A stretch of 64,000 nt of DNA from Clostridiales bacterium Firm_07 (lineage in GTDB: Bacteria; Bacillota; Clostridia; Oscillospirales; CAG-272), in NCBI GenBank assembly GCA_001604005.1, contig LVAM01000010.1, positions 85,244 through 149,243 of the forward strand, in the 5' to 3' direction. The notes under the pieces were generated by a model. The model saw only the letters and a list, made by a program, of their open reading frames with translations, ran no database searches and was not told the origin of the DNA. Both the position numbers and the translations under genes were made by a program. Below, one piece after another: positions 9,220 through 16,405 of the stretch. How positions within the stretch are numbered: position 1 is the first letter of the stretch; each line of letters opens with the position of its first letter.

Positions 9220-9413
9220 ACAAGACTCCTTTCATAAAAATCGTCCATCGCGCATTTGAACGGACATTTTGCGAAATTGGTGGGGTGCGCGCAATAGGCG
9301 TACACCACGGCGCGGCGCGCTTCTCGGTCGGGAAAATGAAAACTCCCGCACGCGCAATAGGTCACACCCGCCTTCTCATAGCGGTAATAGGGACACATCC
9401 CTTTGATCGGCAT
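9216..9413 (-). CDS. Small Cys-rich phage protein (possible zinc-binding regulator), first gene of the late operon
   Basis: 65 aa with 7 Cys (CPYY...CAC...C...C..C). ATG at 9413 follows AGGAGGAG. Confidence 0.6.
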   Translation of the reverse strand: MPIKGMCPYYRYEKAGVTYCACGSFHFPDREARRAVVYAYCAHPTNFAKCPFKCAMDDFYERSLV

Positions 9414-9454
9414 TGTCTCCTCCTGTCGTTCTGATTTTGGGACTATCTTGCCAT

Positions 9455-9487
9455 AAAATATATCGCCGTTCCCGCAAGCGATATATT
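9455..9487. promoter_or_regulatory. Inverted repeat in the late-operon leader (operator or weak leader terminator)
   Basis: AAATATATCGC (9455-9465) and GCGATATATTT (9477-9487) form 11-bp arms around an 11-nt loop. Lies between the leftward promoter and the first late gene. On the minus strand it is followed by U-rich sequence. Confidence 0.4.
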
Positions 9488-9587
9488 TTGCCCCAGCGTT
9501 TTCGTCTTACTTTTCCGATCCGGAAAGTCGCCGCGTTTCCGATTTTGGAATTTTCAAAACGATTTGTTTCATTTTTGGGACGATTTT

Positions 9588-9616
9588 AGTATAGATCATT
9601 TCCGTTCTTTTGTCAA
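9588..9616 (-). promoter_or_regulatory. Sigma-A-type promoter for the leftward phage operon
   Basis: Minus strand reads TTGACA (9616-9611), a 17-nt spacer, then TATACT (9593-9588). Confidence 0.6.
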
Positions 9617-9678
9617 CCCTAAAACCAAGAAAAAATATGAACAAATTGTAAATCTGTTCTATTTTTGTGACATTTTGC

Positions 9679-9707
9679 TTGACAGACGACAAAACGCCTG
9701 CTATACT
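9679..9707 (+). promoter_or_regulatory. Sigma-A-type promoter for the XRE/ImmA-like module
   Basis: TTGACA (9679-9684), a 17-nt spacer, then TATACT (9702-9707), about 44 nt upstream of the XRE ATG. Back-to-back with the leftward promoter. Confidence 0.6.
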
Positions 9708-9750
9708 GTAAGCAGGGATACAATATCCGAAACAAGATGGAGGCACCGAA

Positions 9751-10062
9751 ATGACCGTTTCCGAGCGCATCTTTGCGCAAATGCAAAAAATGCGGCTCTC
9801 TTATGGAGAGTTGGCGGAAAAGACCGGGCTTGCCAAATCCGCCGTACACCGTTACGCCACGGGGCAAACCGACAAGATCCCCACCGAGGCGCTTGAAAAA
9901 TTAGCGCCGGTTCTGGGCGTCACGCCCGCCTATCTCATCGGTTGGGAAGATGCCCCCCACACGCTTGCCGCGCATTTTGAAGGCGAGGATTTCACCGCCG
10001 AGGAACTGGCGGAGATCGAAAACTTCGTGCGCTTTGTCAAATCAAAAAGGCGGAACGGATAA
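9751..10062 (+). CDS. XRE-family helix-turn-helix regulator (prophage repressor candidate)
   Basis: 103 aa. The HTH segment LSYGELAEKTGLAKSAVHRYATGQ is typical of Cro/CI-type regulators. RBS is GGAGGCACCGAA. Confidence 0.85.
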   Translation: MTVSERIFAQMQKMRLSYGELAEKTGLAKSAVHRYATGQTDKIPTEALEKLAPVLGVTPAYLIGWEDAPHTLAAHFEGEDFTAEELAEIENFVRFVKSKRRNG

Positions 10063-10553
10063 TGGTTTACGAACATTTACTCGATGAAGCAAGCGAAAAA
10101 GGGCTCACCGTGATCGAGCGCTATCCCTTCTCCTCCCCGCGCATTCGCGGACTTTGCTGTGACGACACCATCGCCATCAGCGCGTCGGTGGACACCGAGG
10201 CGGAGCGCACCGTCATTCTCTGCGAGGAATTGACGCACGCCACGCAAACGGTCGGCAACATCCTTTACGACAATCGCTCCGAGCATCGCGTGCGAGAGCG
10301 CATTTTCGACCGTCTTGTCGGGAAAGAAGGCCTTGTCCGCGCGGCAACGGCGGGTTGTCGCGAGGCGTGGGAATTTGCCGAATGGTTAGGTGTCCCGCAA
10401 GAGTTTTTCGCCGCCGTGATGGAAAACTACCGCCACCGCTACGGCACGATCACACATTATACCGGAAGCGAGGGAACTTTTGCCCTCTCCTTTGAACCGA
10501 CGCTCCGCGTGCGCCCCGTGCGGCGCGCGAAACGCCGCACGTCCACGCGATGA
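10062..10553 (+). CDS. ImmA/IrrE-like protein (COG2856-type partner of the XRE repressor); metal-binding motif looks degenerate
   Basis: 163 aa. Start overlaps the XRE stop (TAATG). Overall pattern (LTVIERYPFSSPRIRGLC...AISASVDTEAERTVILCEELTHATQTVGNIL) matches the short ImmA family, whose motif I recall as AEELGHH. Here it reads CEELTHA. Confidence 0.6.
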   Translation: MVYEHLLDEASEKGLTVIERYPFSSPRIRGLCCDDTIAISASVDTEAERTVILCEELTHATQTVGNILYDNRSEHRVRERIFDRLVGKEGLVRAATAGCREAWEFAEWLGVPQEFFAAVMENYRHRYGTITHYTGSEGTFALSFEPTLRVRPVRRAKRRTSTR

Positions 10554-10560
10554 CAGAAAA

Positions 10561-10598
10561 GAAAACCGTCTTCGACCTATGGTCGAAGACGGTTTTTT
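10561..10598. terminator. Bidirectional intrinsic terminator (prophage/host boundary)
   Basis: AAAACCGTCTTCGAC-CTAT-GGTCGAAGACGGTTTTTT. A-run upstream and T-run downstream. Lies between the converging ImmA-like and ABC permease genes. Confidence 0.8.
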
Positions 10599-10609
10599 AT
10601 TGTTTGGTA

Positions 10610-11722
10610 TCAGCCGACGATACCGGAACGCTCGATGCCCTGCACCAAATATCTCTGACAGAAGAGATAGAGGATAATCAAGGGCGAGCTGGCAAGCAGA
10701 CCGCAGCCATAGCGCATCGCGCGCGCATAGCGCGCGCTGCCGCCCGTTACGTTTTTATAGATCAACTGCAACGAGGGAAGCGGTATGGATTGAGCTACGT
10801 TCGTCATCAATACCGGTTTTGTGGTAGCGAAGAACAGCGGAACATAGAAATCATCCGTCCACTGCCAGCAGAACGAGAAAAGGAACACCGTGATCATCAT
10901 CGGGACAGACAGCGGCAGGATCACCTGCACGAACGTGCGGAAGGTGTTGGCGCCGTCCAGATATGCCGACTCTTCCAGTTCGTCCGGCACGCCGCGGAAG
11001 AACTGACGCAACATAAAGATGTAGAGTCCGTTCTTAAAGGCGAGACCGCACGCAGACAAAATGAGAAGCGGCGCGACGGTTTCCATCATATTGAGGCCGT
11101 CCTGACAGCCGTAAGGCAAGATACGGATCTTCGACAAAACGGTATTCAGCCAGCCGATCTTCGAGGTAAGTCCTCCGGAGAAAAACTTAAAGATACCGAA
11201 AATATCGAAATAACGGAAACGATAATAGATCGCCGATTGCAGCGTGCCGTGCGGGATCGCAAGCGTCAAAATAACGGCAAAGAAGACCGCTTTGGCACCA
11301 CGAAACTTGAATTTGGCAAGTCCGTAGCCGATAAGACAGCAGGAAAACGTCTGCAAGATCGCGCAACCGAGCGACAACCCCAGGGTGTTGAAGAACATTT
11401 TGACATAGTGAATGTCACGAACGATTGCCTTATAGATGCCGACCGAAAGATGTTTGGGAACGTTGACCACGGTGGAGTCCACAAAATCTTCGGGGGCGGT
11501 AAAGGAACTTGCGATCATCGTGATGAACGGCTCGATCACCACAAAGGCGATGCCCACCAGCAAGAGAAAACGGAAGATGAACCACGCGGCGCGTTTCAAA
11601 AAATACGTCGAAAGATATTTCGCTTTCAGACGCTCCGAAAGCGCGGTGCGCTCAAACTCCACGCGGATCTTGTTTTTGCTCTCGCGTTTGACAACGGGTT
11701 TGCTATCCATATTTTGTGTCAT
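10610..11722 (-). CDS. Carbohydrate ABC transporter permease (MalG/CUT1 type), second pair
   Basis: 370 aa from the ATG at 11722, preceded by GGAGGAAATGAT. EAA loop EESAYLDGANTFRTFVQVILPLSVP. Multiple TM helices and a K/E-rich N-terminal extension. Confidence 0.85.
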   Translation of the reverse strand: MTQNMDSKPVVKRESKNKIRVEFERTALSERLKAKYLSTYFLKRAAWFIFRFLLLVGIAFVVIEPFITMIASSFTAPEDFVDSTVVNVPKHLSVGIYKAIVRDIHYVKMFFNTLGLSLGCAILQTFSCCLIGYGLAKFKFRGAKAVFFAVILTLAIPHGTLQSAIYYRFRYFDIFGIFKFFSGGLTSKIGWLNTVLSKIRILPYGCQDGLNMMETVAPLLILSACGLAFKNGLYIFMLRQFFRGVPDELEESAYLDGANTFRTFVQVILPLSVPMMITVFLFSFCWQWTDDFYVPLFFATTKPVLMTNVAQSIPLPSLQLIYKNVTGGSARYARAMRYGCGLLASSPLIILYLFCQRYLVQGIERSGIVG

Positions 11723-11738
11723 ATCATTTCCTCCTTTC

Positions 11739-12716
11739 TCAATCTCTTCTCTGATAGAAGACATAGGCGGAGAAAATGCCCGCCACAGCGCCCACGATCA
11801 GCAACACCACAAGGAAATACATCCAGCCCATTGCGGCGCTGATGTGTTTGGCGTTCCTCACCGCGGAAGCATAGGTATCGGTGATCACGTTCATCACGGA
11901 GTTGGAATCGGTGGTAAAGTTGTCGATGATGGTATACACGCCGTTCACCAGGATCATCGGGCTGACCATCGGAAACGTGATCTTCCAGAAAGTTTCCCAC
12001 GCGGTCGCGCCGTCGATCTGACAGGATTCATAGATCGCGGGAGAGATGGATTGCAGTGCCGCAAGGAAAATGAGGATCTGCACGCCCGAACGGTTGATGA
12101 TGCTGGCAATGCTGCTCACCGCCGATACGATATACGTGATGAGCCCCGAGCCGAAACCAAGGCTGTCGAAAATGTTGAAGAGCAATCCTTCAAGCGCCAT
12201 ATCCGAAGCGCTCTTTGCCGCTTCCGATTCCATACCGAGGTCCATAGACGTCCCCGAAAAGGCATAGGAAGTGGTGAGAATGGATTCCATAAGACCCGTG
12301 GAAACCACCACAGGTAGGAAGAAGATGGCACGGAAGGCGGCGCGACCGATCATTTTCTGATTGAGGATCACGGCGATAAAGAGCGAGAAAATGATGATCG
12401 CGGGAATGTCAAACGCCATCTCTTTGAGGCCTTTGATCAGCGTTTGCACAAAGTTTGCCTCTTCAAAAAGCGCGCTTGAGTAGTTCGCCCAACCGACAAA
12501 GGTTTTTGTCAGCGTGCCGCTGACCACCTTGTAGTTGTAAAGGCTGTACATAATGGATTCGTAAATGATCGGCACGTAAAGGAGTACGAATCCGATGGCA
12601 AAGGGCAGAACAAAGAGCCAACCCGCGCGCGCTTTGCGGCGGTCAAGGGAGGCGATCTTTTTCTTTTTCTTCGGTTCCGGCTTCATCATAGCCGGCGCTT
12701 TGACTTCGCTTGTCAT
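11739..12716 (-). CDS. Sugar ABC transporter permease (MalF/CUT1 type), second pair
   Basis: About 325 aa from the ATG at 12716, preceded by AAGGGAGGAACGATT; an alternative ATG at 12734 overlaps the upstream stop. EAA loop ESCQIDGATAWETFWKITFPMVSP. Confidence 0.85.
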   Translation of the reverse strand: MTSEVKAPAMMKPEPKKKKKIASLDRRKARAGWLFVLPFAIGFVLLYVPIIYESIMYSLYNYKVVSGTLTKTFVGWANYSSALFEEANFVQTLIKGLKEMAFDIPAIIIFSLFIAVILNQKMIGRAAFRAIFFLPVVVSTGLMESILTTSYAFSGTSMDLGMESEAAKSASDMALEGLLFNIFDSLGFGSGLITYIVSAVSSIASIINRSGVQILIFLAALQSISPAIYESCQIDGATAWETFWKITFPMVSPMILVNGVYTIIDNFTTDSNSVMNVITDTYASAVRNAKHISAAMGWMYFLVVLLIVGAVAGIFSAYVFYQRRD

Positions 12717-12733
12717 AATCGTTCCTCCCTTCA

Positions 12734-15700
12734 TCAGTAATACACCACGGCATAGCCGTAACCGGAGATCGAATATGCGACGCCGCGATAGGTGGTTTGC
12801 ACCGCGTAGTCGTTAAAGTTGAGGAGCAGCGTCTTGAAAGGCGCGGCCGCGCTGTCGCCGTAAGTAATGGCGATCACTTTATTGTCCACCGCATATTTGG
12901 ATTTGGGCGGATCGGGAATGACCGCGTCCTCATCCTCCTCGACGTCTGTGGGCGTTTCCGGCTCGGCAGGCGGTTCAACGGGAGCGGCTTCTCCCGTGCT
13001 ACCGGTCGTACGGCTCTTTTCTTCCAGCGCCGGAACGTTGATGTACGACGTTTCGGGCGTTGCTTCCACGTAGAGCCCGTCGATCACAAGCAAACGAATG
13101 TAGGCACCGTACAGATTTTCCACACCGAGCTTTCCTTCGTAAAGCGCGTCCAACTCGGCGTTGCGCACCGCGTCGTCCGAGCGGAAGAAATCGGCAAGAT
13201 CCGCATCCGCCACGACGGTATCGTCGCCGACGGCGGTGATCGCCGCGTTCAGCGTTTCGACGGCGGCATCCGGCGTGTCGATATAAGCGTCACGATCGGT
13301 GTCGGCAAGCGTCAGATCGGTGCGTGCACGGTAGGCTTTGATGAAGTCAACGTATGCGGTAATCGCGTTGGAAAGGCTGTTTCTCGCATCGGCGACAAGC
13401 GTCGCGTCGGCATTGACCGAAACGAGATAATCGTATGCCGCTTTGGCGTTTGTCAGGGTTTCCGCCGCTCTGGTGCGGTAATTCTGCGCGTTGGTATGCG
13501 GATTGATCACATACATTTGCAGTTGTTCGGCAAGTTTTTCGGCGTCGTTGGTCACGTCCACGCCTGCCGCAAGATCATCCAGGCACTTCTGCCACGCGCG
13601 ATAGAGATAGCGGCTTGTTGCCACTTCGATCTTCGCCACGCGCTGACCGTTCATCAGAGCGATCAGATTGTTCACTTCTTTCTTCGCCGCGTCGATGCTT
13701 CCCTTTGCGTCGGCAACGGTATCTGCCGCTTTGCGGAGCTCCCGCAGGGCGTCCAGGCGATCCTGCTCGATCTTCTCCGCAATGGCTTGCGCCTGTGCGC
13801 GCGCCTCATCGGCAATGTCAAGCAGCAATTCGTCCGCGTCCGGGATGCGGCTGCTTTCCGAGAGGAACTCGTGCCCCACGATCAGTTTCGTCTGTACGTC
13901 AAAGAGAACGGCGTTGAGTTCCGTATAGAGGTCGACCAAGCGGGACTGCCAAATATCATATCGCACGGAGTAATTCTGCGAGAGCAGTTCGTCCTCTTTG
14001 AGGAGTTCGGTGTTGGCGGCGGAGAGAACGAAATATGCCGAAGCGCCGTTTTCCATCGCTTTGAGCATCGCGTATTTCAGGTCGCCCTCCATATTGAAGG
14101 CCGATCCGGTAAACTCCACGTATCCGTGCAGCACGACGCCCATAAAGGGAATCGACGCGTATTCGGAATTATACCGGCTCGAATCCGTCGGCACGCCGAG
14201 GATATGATCCGCAAGCGCGAAGGTATACGCGTTGCCGCCCTCGATCATCACGTTGTAGTTCTTATCTTTGAAGTACGCCAGCGTTTCCTGTACATAGGTT
14301 TTCGCTTCCTCACGGAGCACGGTTTTGTTCTCGTCAAAGTCGGAGTTCAGTTCGTTGCCGAGCATACCGAGCGAAATGCCGGAAGCGTTTTTGTATTTGG
14401 CGTATTTCTTTTCCAGTTTCTCATAGAAACGGCTGTACATTGCGGGCGAAAGCACCATTTGATAATAACTGACCATCGCCTGCTGCGTCGCGGAATAAAC
14501 GCGACGCGTGGTATAGCGGTTGTCGATCGTACGCGAGGCGTCTTTCTTCATCCGCACGTCGTTGCCGCCTCTGCCGCGCGAGGTATATACGAAATCGAAA
14601 TCGGGATATACGCCGAAATCTTTTTCCTCCGCGTATTTGGTCAGTTTCTTGAAGCCGGATTTGCCGCCCACCGCGCTCTCCCATTTGAGTTTGTAGGGCG
14701 TGTCGGCGTAAAGACCGCCGTTGGCATATCCTTTGAGGCGGAAATTGACGTTGGTCACGCCGTTTCCGGCAAGATAATCGTACATTTCCGCCACGTCTTC
14801 AAACGAAGTGAGCGCCACCGAAACCGTCACGGGCATCGACATCACCTTTTTGATGGTGTCCATACAACCGAACGTTTCAATGTAGAGCGGGATCGAATCT
14901 TTCACGTCGTCCGACGTCAACCGTTCAAAGCCGTTGTCTTTCGCGTCGAGATAGTCGCGATAAGCGCACGCCATACCCATCCAGGTGCATTCATAATAGG
15001 AGGTCAATCCCGCGTTCTGCGCCAACGTGTCGTCCGAAAGGATCGTGTAACGCAGTTTATAGTCGCCGGTATAGCGGCGGCAGGCATACACTTTCCAGTT
15101 GGAGGCTGACAAGTCGTTTTGTCGCGTAATAAAGGACGCCTGCACTGCGGCGTGCTGCATTTCCGAGGAGTGAGAGGGCTCGATAGACGCCAGTGTATCG
15201 CCCTCTTCGATCACCGCGAAAAATCCGCGGCTGATGCCTGTCGCCTCATCGGTCTCCACCTGCCCGAAGACAGGCATACGCATCGTTTCGCCGCGCCGCC
15301 CGGCGATTTTGCCGAAATCATAGAGCGCAAAATCTTTGCCGTACACACGCACCGCGCGGTCGACGATCGGCGTGCCGAGAGAGTACAACGTACCGGAACC
15401 GTCGGGAATGAAGGAATACCCTTCGTTCGTGCGCAAGCTGGCGCCCATATAGGGCAGGATCTTCAATTCCGTGATGCGGTATGCGCTCTCGTCATAGCGC
15501 AGTCCGTTCGCGGGAAGTGTCACCGACAGTCCGTCGCCGTTCAGCGTATATTCAAGCGCCAATTTGAAGACAGGCGGCGTCACCGAACTCTCGACATACT
15601 CCGTCTCGTCGTGATCGTTGTCCATCTCCTCAAAGCTGTAGTTGGGGAGATATTGTTTGACATATTCTTCGATTTCGCGCATCTGCGCTTCACTCGCACT

Positions 15701-16387
15701 GGTATCGAAAACGTAGATTTCCATCGTTTTCTTTTTCAGCACCGGGAAAGCGGCGGCGTGCGCTTCGTTTTCGGAAGTGTATTTGCGATAGTAGCCAGAA
15801 AACTGTTTATAGGGCCACGAGCCCTTGCCCGCGTTTTCCGCAAACTCTTTGAGCAAAGCCTCAAATTTGGAAGCTTCGATCTGCCGAGGCAACAGAATGC
15901 GGGAGGAAACTTCGCCGATGGCATATTCCACACGCACGCCGTTGCGAATCGGTTTGATCGAGATCTGGTCTTTGAGCGCCGCGTCAAAGAAACTGGTCAA
16001 CACGGTTTCCTGAGTGGAATTCTGATTGCTGGTATAGGTGAGGCGGATCTGCGACATCAGCTCGTAGCGCACCTCTTCATACGTCAGCGCTTCGCTGGTC
16101 CCCATATCCCAAGGGTTGGTAAAGAGGATCTCGCCGGTGGCGTTTTTACGATAAGCGACAACGCCGAGTTTGGCGTCGCAATACAGCGAATACGCGCCGT
16201 TGTCCGCCACCTTTTCCATAGCGGCAATGCGCTCTTCGGGAGAGGAATAGACCACTTTGGTATAATCGATCGCCGGCGCTTCCTCGTCCTCTGCCGCCGC
16301 GGGCAGGATAAAGAGCGGCAACATCCCCACCACCATCAACGCAGTCAGCAGGATACAAAACAAACGGGTTTTCAAATTGGTTTTCAT
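12734..16387 (-). CDS. Large secreted protein, DUF5696-like (uncharacterised; possible glycan-active enzyme)
   Basis: 1217 aa. Signal peptide MKTNLKTRLFCILLTALMVVGMLPLFILPAAAE. The N-terminal ~800 aa resemble the DUF5696 proteins that I recall being encoded next to CUT1 permeases and Yip1 proteins in Firmicutes. This is followed by an Ala/Asp-rich helical region, a P/E-rich linker and a short aromatic C-terminal module ending GYGYAVVYY. RBS is AAAGGAG. Confidence 0.6.
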   Translation of the reverse strand: MKTNLKTRLFCILLTALMVVGMLPLFILPAAAEDEEAPAIDYTKVVYSSPEERIAAMEKVADNGAYSLYCDAKLGVVAYRKNATGEILFTNPWDMGTSEALTYEEVRYELMSQIRLTYTSNQNSTQETVLTSFFDAALKDQISIKPIRNGVRVEYAIGEVSSRILLPRQIEASKFEALLKEFAENAGKGSWPYKQFSGYYRKYTSENEAHAAAFPVLKKKTMEIYVFDTSASEAQMREIEEYVKQYLPNYSFEEMDNDHDETEYVESSVTPPVFKLALEYTLNGDGLSVTLPANGLRYDESAYRITELKILPYMGASLRTNEGYSFIPDGSGTLYSLGTPIVDRAVRVYGKDFALYDFGKIAGRRGETMRMPVFGQVETDEATGISRGFFAVIEEGDTLASIEPSHSSEMQHAAVQASFITRQNDLSASNWKVYACRRYTGDYKLRYTILSDDTLAQNAGLTSYYECTWMGMACAYRDYLDAKDNGFERLTSDDVKDSIPLYIETFGCMDTIKKVMSMPVTVSVALTSFEDVAEMYDYLAGNGVTNVNFRLKGYANGGLYADTPYKLKWESAVGGKSGFKKLTKYAEEKDFGVYPDFDFVYTSRGRGGNDVRMKKDASRTIDNRYTTRRVYSATQQAMVSYYQMVLSPAMYSRFYEKLEKKYAKYKNASGISLGMLGNELNSDFDENKTVLREEAKTYVQETLAYFKDKNYNVMIEGGNAYTFALADHILGVPTDSSRYNSEYASIPFMGVVLHGYVEFTGSAFNMEGDLKYAMLKAMENGASAYFVLSAANTELLKEDELLSQNYSVRYDIWQSRLVDLYTELNAVLFDVQTKLIVGHEFLSESSRIPDADELLLDIADEARAQAQAIAEKIEQDRLDALRELRKAADTVADAKGSIDAAKKEVNNLIALMNGQRVAKIEVATSRYLYRAWQKCLDDLAAGVDVTNDAEKLAEQLQMYVINPHTNAQNYRTRAAETLTNAKAAYDYLVSVNADATLVADARNSLSNAITAYVDFIKAYRARTDLTLADTDRDAYIDTPDAAVETLNAAITAVGDDTVVADADLADFFRSDDAVRNAELDALYEGKLGVENLYGAYIRLLVIDGLYVEATPETSYINVPALEEKSRTTGSTGEAAPVEPPAEPETPTDVEEDEDAVIPDPPKSKYAVDNKVIAITYGDSAAAPFKTLLLNFNDYAVQTTYRGVAYSISGYGYAVVYY

Positions 16388-16405
16388 TTTGTTCTCCTTT
16401 CTGCG

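Larger units (their letters stand above)
1..10553. mobile_element. Prophage, right-hand portion (morphogenesis operon plus XRE/ImmA-like immunity module); continues past the left window edge
   Basis: Contiguous leftward operon with stop/start overlaps: Cys-rich protein, TerS-like, TerL, portal, Prp-like protease, scaffold, major capsid, small head proteins, large structural protein. It faces a divergent XRE + ImmA-like pair. A bidirectional terminator at 10561-10598 is followed by host ABC genes. No integrase or att repeat is visible on this side. Confidence 0.8.

Noticed and set aside
9507-9770. 87-aa minus-strand ORF across the phage switch region
   Set aside because: It overlaps both consensus promoters and the XRE start, has no RBS and is AT-rich and low-complexity. 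Its internal 21-aa MKQIVL... segment also lacks an RBS.
9751-10553. XRE + ImmA-like pair as a stand-alone toxin-antitoxin or defence module
   Set aside because: Its position, divergently abutting a complete phage morphogenesis operon with back-to-back promoters, is the classic prophage immunity arrangement. No additional effector gene is present.
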